From the IMG/VR virus record IMGVR_UViG_3300023257_000007, positions 284,223 to 348,222 of that record: DNA of 64,000 nt; one strand, given 5' to 3'. Under the pieces are notes generated by a model. The model was not told where the DNA came from. It searched no databases and saw nothing but the letters and a program-made list of their open reading frames with translations. Positions 10,203-20,989 of the stretch are shown piece by piece. Each line of letters opens with the position of its first letter. Within the stretch, counting starts at the first letter, position 1. Position numbers and translations under genes: made by a program.

Positions 10203-11111
10203 TTAATCTTTTATTTTATTTCTATAATCTTCATTAAAAGGTCTGTTACCATTCAAATCTTCGATAACTTCTTTAACAATAAATCTAAATTTCTTTATGT
10301 GTTTTTCTGATTTTTTATTAAAATAAGATGCAAAATCATCATATAATGATTTAACATCATCTAGGTTACTAACATCTTTTATAAAAGATAATAACTTAGA
10401 ATGTTTATTTAAATTAAACTGTTTAAACTTTTTAACTAAATCATTTGTAATCTTGATTAATCCTTCTAAATTAATTTCACTTATATTATCTTCTATGAAA
10501 TTATCAACATTAAAGTTATTTAACATTTCCATATATTTCCAATTTTGATGTTCTTTAAGTTTTTCAAATAAATCATCTTCATCATTAATATTTAATTCAT
10601 ATAAATAGTGATACACTTGAGATATTCTCGCATTCATTTCGGTATCTAGTGATAAATATAACAAATATATAAATTTATAATAACTTTTATCCTTATCTAT
10701 TTTTAGGTTAGAATAAATATTCCTAATTTTAATATAATGTGGTTTAATATCAACTCCTGTTTTCTCAATATTTTTTTGGATTTCGAAAAACTCTTTTATG
10801 TGTGTTAATTCATGTGATAAAATACCTTTGATTTTTATTAGATCGACATTATTTTTATCAATTTCAATTGTTATTAATATATCATGTAATTTATTTTTCT
10901 TAATAGATGAAAAACTTGGATCACACACTGAATGGTATCTATCTGTTAAAATATATTCTATTCGTAAGTCTATTAATGGAAAATTACCATAATCTAAATC
11001 TAATTGAAATTTATCATTTTTATTTTCAAACAATGATGTAATAAAGTCTGAATATTCCTTTATTTCATCGGAAATTCCTCTACCCTCAAGAAATGATTTA
11101 AAAGTTTTCAA
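10203..11111 (-). CDS. leader-bearing putative zincin metallopeptidase-like protein
   Basis: HELTH (HExxH) with downstream E in EMNAR; TTG start, MKTFKSFLE. Confidence 0.55.
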   Translation of the reverse strand: MKTFKSFLEGRGISDEIKEYSDFITSLFENKNDKFQLDLDYGNFPLIDLRIEYILTDRYHSVCDPSFSSIKKNKLHDILITIEIDKNNVDLIKIKGILSHELTHIKEFFEIQKNIEKTGVDIKPHYIKIRNIYSNLKIDKDKSYYKFIYLLYLSLDTEMNARISQVYHYLYELNINDEDDLFEKLKEHQNWKYMEMLNNFNVDNFIEDNISEINLEGLIKITNDLVKKFKQFNLNKHSKLLSFIKDVSNLDDVKSLYDDFASYFNKKSEKHIKKFRFIVKEVIEDLNGNRPFNEDYRNKIKD

Positions 11112-11153
11112 AAATAATTCTTTTTCTTTTATATATTAAAATTCTTAATTGGT

Positions 11154-11765
11154 TTAATAATATTCCTCCACACTACTATCAACATAATCTCTAACAACAT
11201 TCCAAAATGGAATATTACTATCCAATAATGTTCTCATCATTTCTTTATCAATAATTCTTGATTTACCTGATAAAACCCTTTCACCAGTAATCCAATGTAA
11301 ACCAGTAGTACTGAAAATAATCAAATTTCCACTATCATTAACGTCTACACCATATTTAGCATAAGATATTCCTTGAAAATTATGTAAATCTTTGATGGTT
11401 AATTCTTTTTCTTCATCAGTTCTAAATTTAGCTTGAATAGTACAAGGTTTATCATCTATACCTTTACCAAATCCATCTACACCATAATCATCAAAATTCT
11501 CAACTTCATAGCCATAAACACCTACCCTATTATCAGATCCAAGTATCTTGAAAAACAATTCAGCAAAGATTTCAAATAGATCACCTATCATCTTATCCCT
11601 ACCTTGTTCTTCATTATATCCAAATTTCTTCCAATTTTTAGATTCTTTTTGAATTTTATTGATAAAAGTGTTCACCAATTTACATTTTCCAAATATTCTT
11701 TCAAATATTTCTTCATCTTTGTTATATAGTTCTATAAAACTATCATGTGTTATATAATTTTTCAT
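11154..11765 (-). CDS. Mrr-like restriction endonuclease domain protein
   Basis: GDLFE...DYGVDG...IQAKFR (D-x-QxK). Confidence 0.7.
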   Translation of the reverse strand: MKNYITHDSFIELYNKDEEIFERIFGKCKLVNTFINKIQKESKNWKKFGYNEEQGRDKMIGDLFEIFAELFFKILGSDNRVGVYGYEVENFDDYGVDGFGKGIDDKPCTIQAKFRTDEEKELTIKDLHNFQGISYAKYGVDVNDSGNLIIFSTTGLHWITGERVLSGKSRIIDKEMMRTLLDSNIPFWNVVRDYVDSSVEEYY

Positions 11766-11768
11766 AAT

Positions 11769-12092
11769 TTATAGTATATTCATTTTTAAGCTTTCTAATT
11801 TATATTCTAATTCTTTTTCTTTCAACCAATTCTTAAAATCTATACTTTTAGCCGTCATAATATTTAATCTCGTATATAACCAAAGTGCGGGACCACCATA
11901 AATAAAAATTATGGAAAGAGTAAAAGATTCAGTTTTTTTTGTTGACGATAAAAGATTCACCATATCGATATCATAACCCACCCCATAATATTCACTCAAT
12001 ATATCAAGAGCAAATATACATTCATTTGGTTTCACATTACAAAAATTCTCATATTCAAAATCTCTCATTATAGTATGTTCAAAATCTCTCAT
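11769..12092 (-). CDS. hypothetical protein
   Basis: Ends SLKMNIL (tail variant); short N-terminal duplication MRDFE x2. Confidence 0.65.
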   Translation of the reverse strand: MRDFEHTIMRDFEYENFCNVKPNECIFALDILSEYYGVGYDIDMVNLLSSTKKTESFTLSIIFIYGGPALWLYTRLNIMTAKSIDFKNWLKEKELEYKLESLKMNIL

Positions 12093-13732
12093 TATAGTAA
12101 GTTTATTGCATCATCAAGTGATTGACAATCATCTAATTTTTCTCTAAATTCCATCCTTTCAGATGATTCTTGTTCTAATTTATCTAATTTCTCAATTTCA
12201 TTCAATATATCTTCTATATATTCTGACTTTGGTTTACGGTTCTTTTTGTTTAATCCTGGTAAACCCTCATCTTCTTTAGATTTTGATATATCTTTACCCT
12301 CTGAAACATAAAAAGCAGGATCATAACCATAATCATCCCTCATGTCTTTAATTGTCTTACTAATAACATTCTTAGTTTGAATGCTTTGTATGTCCATAAC
12401 TGGAACTATAACAGCACAATATGGTTTAATCCACAAACTATAATCATCAGTATCAATTTCACCACTTCTTAATCTTAAAGAATCTAAATCATGCTTACGT
12501 GTTGACCTGCCTGTGTTTTGAACAATCTTAGATTTTGTTGGTAAAATATCATTAAGAAATAAAACTCCTGTAATGCCTGGTACGTTAATACCTTCCGATA
12601 GAATATCATAATGTAGTATAATTGCACCTTCATCAGATTCCATATCCTTCATTTTTCCTAAAAATTCACCTCTATCTTTAATACCTTCATCATTAAAATA
12701 ATGTAGTTCACCTCTATCATGTCTAGAAGCACCAGCTAAAACATTAACATCTAATAATTCAAAATAATCTAAGGCTCTCTCATGTAAATCCCATATATGA
12801 TCAACAGAGGCACATTTAATTAATAATTTAGGTTCTATATTATCTGGTTCAGCTGAATTTTCTTTTAACCATGTCTTATGTGCATCGTAAACTTCTGTAA
12901 CGAATTTTAACAGGTTTTCACCTGATTTACCAAAATCTTTCCCATCTTCATAATTTGATGGAGTTGCAATATGCATGATAGGTTTTATTATATAACCTCT
13001 TTCTACACTATCTTTAAAAGTAAGTCCGTGTCTTTCTCCGAAAATATTTTCATTATTCATTAAAAATGAATCTGTTTCTTCACTGATAGCATCTCTAGGC
13101 GTTGCTGTAAAGAAATAAGATTTTTCAAAATCTAAACATTCAAAATTCCTTCTAAACTCTGAACTATTCATTTCAGATGCTAATAAATGGGCTTCATCGC
13201 AGTATATTGTATTTAGGTGTATATTCTTCATTTTAAATAAAGAGTGATATGTACTTATAATAACAACATCTCTATTTTCTTTTATATGTTTATCAACAAT
13301 AGAATTTACTTCTTTTTCTGAAATAGTAAAATTAATAATGTCTCCATAATTTAATCCAAGTTCTTTTAATTTTTTATTATTTTGCTTAGTTCTAAATTTA
13401 TCTAAACAAATCCTAGAACTACCAACAAAAACAAATCCTATATGTCCTATAATTGTTTCATATTGTTTAAATAAATCAATCGTATGTTGTTCATTTAACA
13501 TCAATCTATGAGATGCAATTGCACATATATCAATAGATGGTTCTTTAAATGTTCTAATTAAATCTGAATATATAATTAATGATTTACCTGTGCCTGTTGG
13601 TTGGAATATTGTGGCTTTATCATTTTTGGATAGAAATTCTAATGCTTCTTTTTGGTCAGGGTATAACTTATTTTGCAATCTTTTATAATAAGACTTAAAA
13701 GTCTTTGATTCAAATATTTCTTGTTTTTTCAT
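12092..13732 (-). CDS. SF2 (DEAH) helicase, restriction Res-subunit-like
   Basis: PTGTGKS, DEAH, TATP, SEGINVP, QNTGRSTR. Confidence 0.9.
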   Translation of the reverse strand: MKKQEIFESKTFKSYYKRLQNKLYPDQKEALEFLSKNDKATIFQPTGTGKSLIIYSDLIRTFKEPSIDICAIASHRLMLNEQHTIDLFKQYETIIGHIGFVFVGSSRICLDKFRTKQNNKKLKELGLNYGDIINFTISEKEVNSIVDKHIKENRDVVIISTYHSLFKMKNIHLNTIYCDEAHLLASEMNSSEFRRNFECLDFEKSYFFTATPRDAISEETDSFLMNNENIFGERHGLTFKDSVERGYIIKPIMHIATPSNYEDGKDFGKSGENLLKFVTEVYDAHKTWLKENSAEPDNIEPKLLIKCASVDHIWDLHERALDYFELLDVNVLAGASRHDRGELHYFNDEGIKDRGEFLGKMKDMESDEGAIILHYDILSEGINVPGITGVLFLNDILPTKSKIVQNTGRSTRKHDLDSLRLRSGEIDTDDYSLWIKPYCAVIVPVMDIQSIQTKNVISKTIKDMRDDYGYDPAFYVSEGKDISKSKEDEGLPGLNKKNRKPKSEYIEDILNEIEKLDKLEQESSERMEFREKLDDCQSLDDAINLL

Positions 13733-13734
13733 CT

Positions 13735-14142
13735 TTAAATGTAATAAATTTGTTCTAAACTAAAAAATTCACCTTTTGGAGCTATAATAGGTGGTGGTTT
13801 ACTCCCTTTAGGTAATTCAGGCAATTCAGTTAATTTGTTATTACCACAATATAATATTTTTAACCCTTTAGGTAATTCAGGTAATTCAGTTAATTGGTTA
13901 TAATCACAATCTAATATTAATAATCCTTTTGGTAATTCAGGTAATTGTGTTAATTGGTTATTAGAACAATATAATGTTTCTAATCCTTTAGGTAATTCAG
14001 GTAATTCAGGTAATTCAGTTAATTTGTTATTACCACAATACAAATATTTTAATCCTTCAGGTAATTCAGGTAATTCAGTTAATTTGAAATTACCTAAATC
14101 CAATGTTTTACCATCATTACTTAAATGGTTTTTTATATTCAT
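13735..14142 (-). CDS. leucine-rich repeat protein (20-aa LPELP type) with an aberrant C-terminus
   Basis: Repeats LTELPELPKGLxxLxCxxNx; lacks the cap seen in 47218. Confidence 0.85.
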   Translation of the reverse strand: MNIKNHLSNDGKTLDLGNFKLTELPELPEGLKYLYCGNNKLTELPELPELPKGLETLYCSNNQLTQLPELPKGLLILDCDYNQLTELPELPKGLKILYCGNNKLTELPELPKGSKPPPIIAPKGEFFSLEQIYYI

Positions 14143-14223
14143 TGTTTAACCCTTTCCAATTTTCTTTTTCTTTGCAATCTTTTATAAATCTTTCTAACTC
14201 ATTTATTGAATCGCATCAATCAT

Positions 14224-16386
14224 TTAACACATATTTTCATTCTCATCATGAAACATAAATATTTGTTCTTGGTACCACATAACATCATCATAATGATGTC
14301 TTTCATTTTTAGTAAAATCTTCAACTAAACTATCAATTCTACTTCTCTGACCACCATCTTTATCACCAAATATGTCTTTATGCCAAAAATTCATATAACA
14401 ATAAGTATATCCAATTTCACTTAACATTAATTGTCTTAATTCTTTAATATTATCTGGTAATTGTTTGTATGTTTTAGGATCATCTAAATCCACTTCATTT
14501 CCATGAAAACTACAAGTAAATTTTCTCATACTTCTTTTTTTTATTTATCAATTTTACCAATAACAGAACTCTCAATATCCTGTATAACATTACTAGGAGA
14601 ACAACAACAAACACTATTATCAACTGACTGATCAACAAATAAGTTATCATGGGTAGAATATTGTAAATCCCTTGGAGTGTATGGGACAGATACGAAATTA
14701 AAATTACCATTAGCAACTTTAAAACCTATAAAAGCCTCATCACCTTTAATATGAAACACTTCTAAATCTGTAGCATCAGCTGGTATTGTTGTTTGACTTT
14801 TACTTAATCTTCTAATTACACCATTTTTAGCCTCATACCATATATCATTATATTGAAATTCAAAACCTGTATCTCTCATACAAATTCCAAACTCTTCTTT
14901 ATCTTTTGTTACTAATAGTATACCAGAATATATTTCTTCTAATATATGTTCGTATTTTTCACTAATGCTTATTTTCATCTTTTTAATTTATTTTTTGTAA
15001 TGGTACGTCATCAGTTGACATAGGTCCTAATTCACCGTTATGTTTGTCATCATAACCTGTTTCTAATAAATGATGCCCTGTATATACATTTTGTATTGTA
15101 CCGAAAAATCCTTTGTGATCAAAATGAATTCTATGTGTTACCTTTATTATTTGATCTCTATTAAATTTTACAGTTTCTTGTAATGATATAGACCATACCA
15201 ATGTGCCTGCTGGTACTACTCTTAATTCACCAATTTTAGCAATTGGATCTTTCATATCGGGTACATATGTCTGACATATTGGTAATATTGGTAATGGTTT
15301 TTTATGTTGTAAATTCATTTCTTTATTTTTTATGTTCAATAACAATTTATTTTATTCATCCTTAACCCTTTCCAATTTTAATTTTCTCTGTTTTCTTAAT
15401 AAAGCCTTTTTATATTTTTCATAATCATTTCTATTAACAGTTTGATTATAAAAATTACCATATTCTTCACTTATTAAGTCTTCTTTAAAAATAACATACA
15501 AAAGCATTACATAATTATCTTCAAGTATACCAATTACTTCACCCTTTTTTGAAAGTTTATCTACATATTTTTCAAATAATTCTACATCTATATCAATCAA
15601 AACATTGCGAATATTTTCTAAATCATCTATTAAAGGTTGATTCCAATTATCCAAAGTCATTTTGTTTTTTGAATGATTAATGAACTTATCTAAAATTTCT
15701 TTACTGTTTACCATTTTTAACATTTACGTTTATTCATCAAATACACCTAATCTTTTAAGTATTTTAAATTCTATTTCATGTAAATTAAAAAGATCTATTA
15801 GATTTTCAATCTTTTTCTTCGCATTATTTAATTTACATCCAACCATCTTATTCTAAAATTGTATCAACTTCTTCAATACGCCAATCTTCAAAACGACCAA
15901 ATTTAAAAGGTATGTCTTCATTTTCATATATTTTATCCCATTCGGCTTTTTCTTTATCTTTATGTTCTTTCATTGCTTTTTCGGCACCTTCTTTAGTCTT
16001 ATGAATACTCATAGTTACATAACCACTTTCTTCTGTCATTGGATTATAAAGAAATTCATATAATTTAATATTATCTTTCATCCAATTAGCACCATCAATA
16101 ACAAGTTGTTTAAGTTCATTAATATCTATGTCATAGACATCATTTGCTCTTTTTTCTGCGTATTCTTCTAATTTCATATTTTTTCTAATTTTTTCATTGG
16201 ATAAGATACATCAAAGTAAAATTTACCACAATCAACATCACCAAGATCTATTAAAGGTGAATAATTATCACATTTTTGATCTCTGAAATCTTGATCTAAT
16301 ACTTCTTTAGACCAAAAAATTCCTAATTGATAGCAAATATATTTACCATTTTCATTTCCACCATGTTCGCAATTAATACATTTCAT
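14224..16386 (-). other. run of small hypothetical genes (14224-14529, 14541-14978, 14983-15345, 15352-15723, 15848-16177, 16174-16386)
   Basis: Tightly packed co-oriented ORFs; 15352 ends RKQRKLKLERVKDE. Confidence 0.7.
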
Positions 16387-16838
16387 TATAATTCAGTTTG
16401 ATTTTTCTTTAAATTTTTATTTTCTTCTTTCAATTTCTTATTTTCTTTTACAAGATTTTCTTGTTTTTGTTTTTCTTCTTTTTCTTTTTCTTTCTTACTC
16501 TCCAAAAAATTTTGAACACCTTTTGTATTTTGCATTTCAAATACTTTATCCAAACAATCTTCAGTATTCTCTGAAGCTTCAGAACCATCTTTAACATCAT
16601 AATAATCAAATTTATTATATGTATACCATTGATCACCATCAATACCTAAAACCCAAAAACCTTTCCCTTTTTCTGGTTTTTCCCATCTAATAGTAGATTC
16701 TTGAATCTCACTCCTATAATATGTTGGTATTAAATACATATATACTGGTATTAATGCAGCTAAAGCTATACTAGTCAAAAATGTTGTTATTCCTCCATTC
16801 CAATACCACCATTTTCCAAATTTCGTTTTTTTACTCAT
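16386..16838 (-). CDS. membrane-anchored hypothetical protein with coiled-coil C-terminus
   Basis: N-terminal hydrophobic helix, K/E-rich tail. Confidence 0.7.
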   Translation of the reverse strand: MSKKTKFGKWWYWNGGITTFLTSIALAALIPVYMYLIPTYYRSEIQESTIRWEKPEKGKGFWVLGIDGDQWYTYNKFDYYDVKDGSEASENTEDCLDKVFEMQNTKGVQNFLESKKEKEKEEKQKQENLVKENKKLKEENKNLKKNQTEL

Positions 16839-16857
16839 TTTTTTTATTTATTTTAAT

Positions 16858-17190
16858 TTATATTAATCCTAATTTATAACCATCAAAGAAATATTGTAAA
16901 TCATGTTCTTCAATAAATTCATCAAACCACCTCAATATATGTCCTGGATGATTAATCCGAGTTAAATCTATAGCATTTGTTCTACCAGAAGATTCAAAAC
17001 AAGAAACTGTATGTTTTTCATCAACGAACAAAACAAGTGGAAAGTACTTTCTACTTAACAATGGTTTAACAAATAATGATCGCCACAAATGTGTATGTTC
17101 ATATTTCATATGATCAAACCATTTAAGAATATTTAAAAGTTCTTCATTATTTTCAATGACTACATTTAATATATGTCTTGATTCTTTCAT
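16858..17190 (-). CDS. hypothetical protein with GL-type tail
   Basis: Ends DGYKLGLI. Confidence 0.7.
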   Translation of the reverse strand: MKESRHILNVVIENNEELLNILKWFDHMKYEHTHLWRSLFVKPLLSRKYFPLVLFVDEKHTVSCFESSGRTNAIDLTRINHPGHILRWFDEFIEEHDLQYFFDGYKLGLI

Positions 17191-17585
17191 TATAATAATT
17201 TTAAATGACCTGTTATTTTATCAATCTTATCTGCTCTATAAGGACCAATTGCAATACAAGTTTTAGTAGCAACACCATCAAATTCAGTTAAACCTGCATC
17301 AGTTATCAATACACAAGGCATATTATTTACTTCTGCAAGTCTATATAGTTCTAAGAGTTCTTCTTCACTATCACAAGACACACATATCTTAGTAAAATTA
17401 CCATTTAACCATTTATCCCAATATGAACCTGATTCAAACTTAAAATTATATTCATTTTCAGATTTTTGCATAGCGTTCAAAATTACAGCCAGTGAGGCGT
17501 GACTACCTTGGGCTATTTCCTTACCCCGCCTCATTTTCAAGTCTTTGCGCATTACTATTACTTGTTTTACTTTATAATCACTCAT
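17190..17585 (-). CDS. pth2: peptidyl-tRNA hydrolase, Pth2 family
   Basis: KQVIVMRKDLKM..GK..AQ.SHAS, KI.V, DAG.TE, TCIAIGP, IDKITGHLKLL. Confidence 0.92.
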   Translation of the reverse strand: MSDYKVKQVIVMRKDLKMRRGKEIAQGSHASLAVILNAMQKSENEYNFKFESGSYWDKWLNGNFTKICVSCDSEEELLELYRLAEVNNMPCVLITDAGLTEFDGVATKTCIAIGPYRADKIDKITGHLKLL

Positions 17586-17599
17586 CTTCTTCTAATTCT

Positions 17600-17952
17600 T
17601 TATAATACTCCTAATTTAATCGAATCAATTATTTCTCTTATTAATTTACATGCTTCAATAAGACCTGCCTCTAGTGCTTCTTCGTAGGTTTTATATTCAC
17701 CTACTACATCTGTTGGATAACTAGAACCATTATCACTTTGTTCACCTATTTTATAACCATATTTAGTACAATTAAATTGAGCATTAACATCTAATTTGTA
17801 TTTTTTTCTTTAAATATATGATATTTTTCCATGATTCTTTCAACAATTAATTCTCTTAACTCATAATAACTAATTTGTAATTTTTTGTCTTCAATTGTGA
17901 GTAAATCTTCCCATGTTGTTGCTTCTCTTAAGGCTTTTTTCATATTTTCCAT
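17600..17952 (-). pseudogene. frameshifted or fused gene
   Basis: 5' frame stops near 17791; a startless second frame (17809-17600) reads RKKYKLDV...YKTYEEALEAGLIEACKLI...SIKLGVL*; the switch is at an A7 run. Confidence 0.55.
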
Positions 17953-18003
17953 TTTTTCATTTGTTTTTATTCTTATTTAGAATCATTCCAAATAAGATCA
18001 TTT

Positions 18004-18660
18004 TTATTTTCTAATTCTTTCTATTTTATATTTTCTAAGTTTTCTTACAGTTTTCTTATTATGGGTTTCAATTTGTTCTGGAGTAAAACCAATCCATAAA
18101 TCAACATCTACAGGAATTAAAATACCTTCTAATTGAGACCAATTATCACATGATAAATATTTTAAACTTTTAGGTAATTTTGGTAACCTTTTAATTGGAT
18201 TATCATAACATTGTAAATCTTCTAAATCTTCTGGTAATACTGGTAATTCTTTCAATAAATTTGTATCACAATATAAATATTTAAGTGTTTTTGGTAAATC
18301 AGGTAATTCAGTTAATTCATTTTCATAACAATATAAATGTGCTAAATCTTCTTTTAATTCAGGTAACTTTTTTAAATCTTTTCTCTCAAACACATCTTTA
18401 GCTAATGAACCATATTTTTCAATCAATTCAACAGCTCCTTCAAGTTCTTTTATCAATACATTAAATTGTGTTTCATTCCTAATACTTTTATATTTATTGT
18501 AATATACTTTAAACATATCATCATATTCTTTAAATTTAACATACAATATAAAATAATAATATACATTGATGTGTATTTTTTCAATATATTCAATATATTC
18601 AAAAAGTTTATTAAAATTATCTGTATTATATTTATGTCTCACCCTTTCCAATTTACTCAT
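18004..18660 (-). CDS. LRR protein (LPELP type) with basic RK tail
   Basis: Four LxxLxCxxNxLxxLPxLP repeats; ends RKLRKYKIERIRK. Confidence 0.85.
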   Translation of the reverse strand: MSKLERVRHKYNTDNFNKLFEYIEYIEKIHINVYYYFILYVKFKEYDDMFKVYYNKYKSIRNETQFNVLIKELEGAVELIEKYGSLAKDVFERKDLKKLPELKEDLAHLYCYENELTELPDLPKTLKYLYCDTNLLKELPVLPEDLEDLQCYDNPIKRLPKLPKSLKYLSCDNWSQLEGILIPVDVDLWIGFTPEQIETHNKKTVRKLRKYKIERIRK

Positions 18661-18665
18661 AAGGT

Positions 18666-19004
18666 TTAATCACTCATCTTCAGGTTTTTCTTCACTAAGA
18701 AATTTATTGCTAAATTTATTAATTTAGAATTATAATTTTTAAATTGTTCTAATACTAACTTATTTATTTCTTCAGTTTGATGTTTATCTATAACATTAAT
18801 TTCAATCATTCCATATTCAAAATTATATCTAATGTAGTAATTAACAAAATAATTAATTATTACATTACCTAATTCTAAATTATAAAGATTAGCATTAGTT
18901 TCTTTAGTTACTTTATAACTTTCTTTATTAAGAGATTTTATAATCTCCTTTAATAAATCTTTTTCTAAATTTTTCATTTCCGTTTGTTTATTCATTTTAT
19001 TCAT
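18666..19004 (-). CDS. hypothetical protein
   Basis: 112-aa ORF. Confidence 0.6.
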   Translation of the reverse strand: MNKMNKQTEMKNLEKDLLKEIIKSLNKESYKVTKETNANLYNLELGNVIINYFVNYYIRYNFEYGMIEINVIDKHQTEEINKLVLEQFKNYNSKLINLAINFLVKKNLKMSD

Positions 19005-19147
19005 TATTTTTTAAATACTCATTTACACATTCTGATAAAGACTCAGATTCAAATTTAACAACAAATTCACCTAATTCTCTTGAATAATGTATTTGGTTAT
19101 TAATGGTTAAAGATTGATATAACACCAATATTTGACCTTCGTTTTCA

Positions 19148-19438
19148 TTAGTACACATATTTTATATCTATTGGTTCAAAGACACTAAATTGCCAACAAT
19201 ATTGACCTTCTGGTGGATTAAAACCATAATTATCATGAGGTTTTCCTCTTGGTTCGTATTCTACTTCTAATAATACATTACCATAACTATCTCCAAAATC
19301 ATCTGGTGATAAATAAGTGTGTCTATAGTTAAAAGTTACTCCCCATAATACTCCTTCTTGTTGTATTTTATCCCAATTTTCTTGTGTTGTTCTGTGATAA
19401 AATTTATAACTCATTATAATATAACTTTTAAAGTTCAA
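19148..19438 (-). CDS. small ART-fold-like protein
   Basis: FYHRT...IQQEG...TYLS...YG.VLLEV pattern. Confidence 0.45.
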   Translation of the reverse strand: MNFKSYIIMSYKFYHRTTQENWDKIQQEGVLWGVTFNYRHTYLSPDDFGDSYGNVLLEVEYEPRGKPHDNYGFNPPEGQYCWQFSVFEPIDIKYVY

Positions 19439-19444
19439 AATTAT

Positions 19445-19669
19445 TTAAACTTCTTCTTCATTTGCTTCTCGAAAATTATTTGTATGATACATACCAATAA
19501 TTTTACCGGTTTTTAAATCTCCTAATATACAATGACCTGGCGCTTGTGGAACTTCTCCAAAAAATATAAATAATTTCTCACCAAATAAATCTTTGTAATA
19601 TTTTTCGTATGTTTCATCTGTGCAAGTAGTTCTATCAAAAACTACAAACGCGTTTTGTCTAATCTTCAT
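19445..19669 (-). CDS. hypothetical protein
   Basis: 74-aa ORF, GEVPQAPGHC motif. Confidence 0.7.
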   Translation of the reverse strand: MKIRQNAFVVFDRTTCTDETYEKYYKDLFGEKLFIFFGEVPQAPGHCILGDLKTGKIIGMYHTNNFREANEEEV

Positions 19670-20073
19670 TTTCTTCTTCTCTTTTTATTAATGTATAACC
19701 TACCGTATATCCTTTATGATATACGTTTCTTTCTCTTTCATTTGAAACAATTACAAAAGCATTTGAATCCATATCTGGTTCAAATTCTTGGTTGAAACCA
19801 GTCTTCAAAAAAGTATCATCTCGATCTATTAAATTTATATTGATAATATCTGTTCTTCTTTTAGGATATATAGGCACATTAAATTCATATTCTGAATTAC
19901 CTTTATATATGATCAATGTATCTTGGTCTTTAAATTTACTAATTATAGAATCTCTACATTTCTCAATATATTCTCCATATGCGTCACGTCCCAAACATGC
20001 ACAATTTACTAATTATTTTAAGATCATTATATATTTCATTTGCAATTTTCTCTCTTAATTCTTTTTCATCCAT
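19659..20073 (-). pseudogene. hypothetical gene with an apparent one-base frameshift near 19995
   Basis: MDEKELREKIANEI...CM joins LGRDAYGEY... if one T is removed. Confidence 0.5.
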
Positions 20074-20236
20074 ATTATTCTTAGTTTTATTATTTATACC
20101 AAAAAGCTGTTACATCCTGATAACTTGTAATGATAAAATCATCCTCAGGATTTTCAATCATTCCTTTTATTTTTGATTCAGTTATACAAAAAGTAAATTT
20201 CATATTCATCGTGGCAATATTTTCTCATATTTTGGT

Positions 20237-20380
20237 TCATAATACTATCCAACTTAATAGTAAATAAATAATTGCTGATGCACCAAACGAAAAGAATGTT
20301 AAAAATATAAATATAAATCTATATATCCAAGCATCTACATTTGTCTCACTTCCTAAGTGTTCACATAATCCTGTAATCAT
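20237..20380 (-). CDS. PspC-like small membrane protein (47 aa, not in ORF track)
   Basis: MITGLCEHLGSETNVDAWIYRFIFIFLTFFSFGASAIIYLLLSWIVL fits the PspC pattern GxCxxLxxxxxxDxxxxR-hydrophobic-Y. Confidence 0.55.
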   Translation of the reverse strand: MITGLCEHLGSETNVDAWIYRFIFIFLTFFSFGASAIIYLLLSWIVL

Positions 20381-20382
20381 AA

Positions 20383-20913
20383 TTAATCTCCTTTTTTAAA
20401 ATGTTTTTTTATTTTATTAATTGTATATTCAGACAAAATCCATGGAAATGTATATCCACTTTCTTTTTCTAATTTATCTGATTTTTCGTTTAAAAATCTT
20501 TCATTGCCTGGTATTTCTACAAAATATTTAATATCTTCATAATTAAAGTTTGAAACTACACCTGAACAAACATCCCATTTTGAATATTGTGTCCTGAGTT
20601 TTATTTCTCCAAGAACGGGATTCAACTCAACCAATTTTTCATAATGAAAATCAGCAACTCTAACATCATTTAAATGATATGGTGATATATTAAATAATTC
20701 TGGAAAAGTTTTCCAATCTCCGCATATGTTTATATCTAAATATTCTGAATAGTCTTGAGCGGGTTTTTGCTCTATATTCTCAATTCCAAAACAAACCCAC
20801 ACATCACCATTATGGTATTCAGTTATTTTTTCTAATATTGATGTACCAATTTCTATTCTATCTTCTACTGATTTTGTATAACCAAAATCACAGGCACCTG
20901 ATTTTTTATTCAA
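20383..20913 (-). CDS. hypothetical protein
   Basis: 176-aa ORF, TTG start. Confidence 0.65.
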   Translation of the reverse strand: MNKKSGACDFGYTKSVEDRIEIGTSILEKITEYHNGDVWVCFGIENIEQKPAQDYSEYLDINICGDWKTFPELFNISPYHLNDVRVADFHYEKLVELNPVLGEIKLRTQYSKWDVCSGVVSNFNYEDIKYFVEIPGNERFLNEKSDKLEKESGYTFPWILSEYTINKIKKHFKKGD

Positions 20914-20989
20914 TTTTTATAATATTCTTTTTTGTGGTTATGTCTTTTTCAACTATAAACAGTAAACTGTTTTAAAAAATATACATTTT

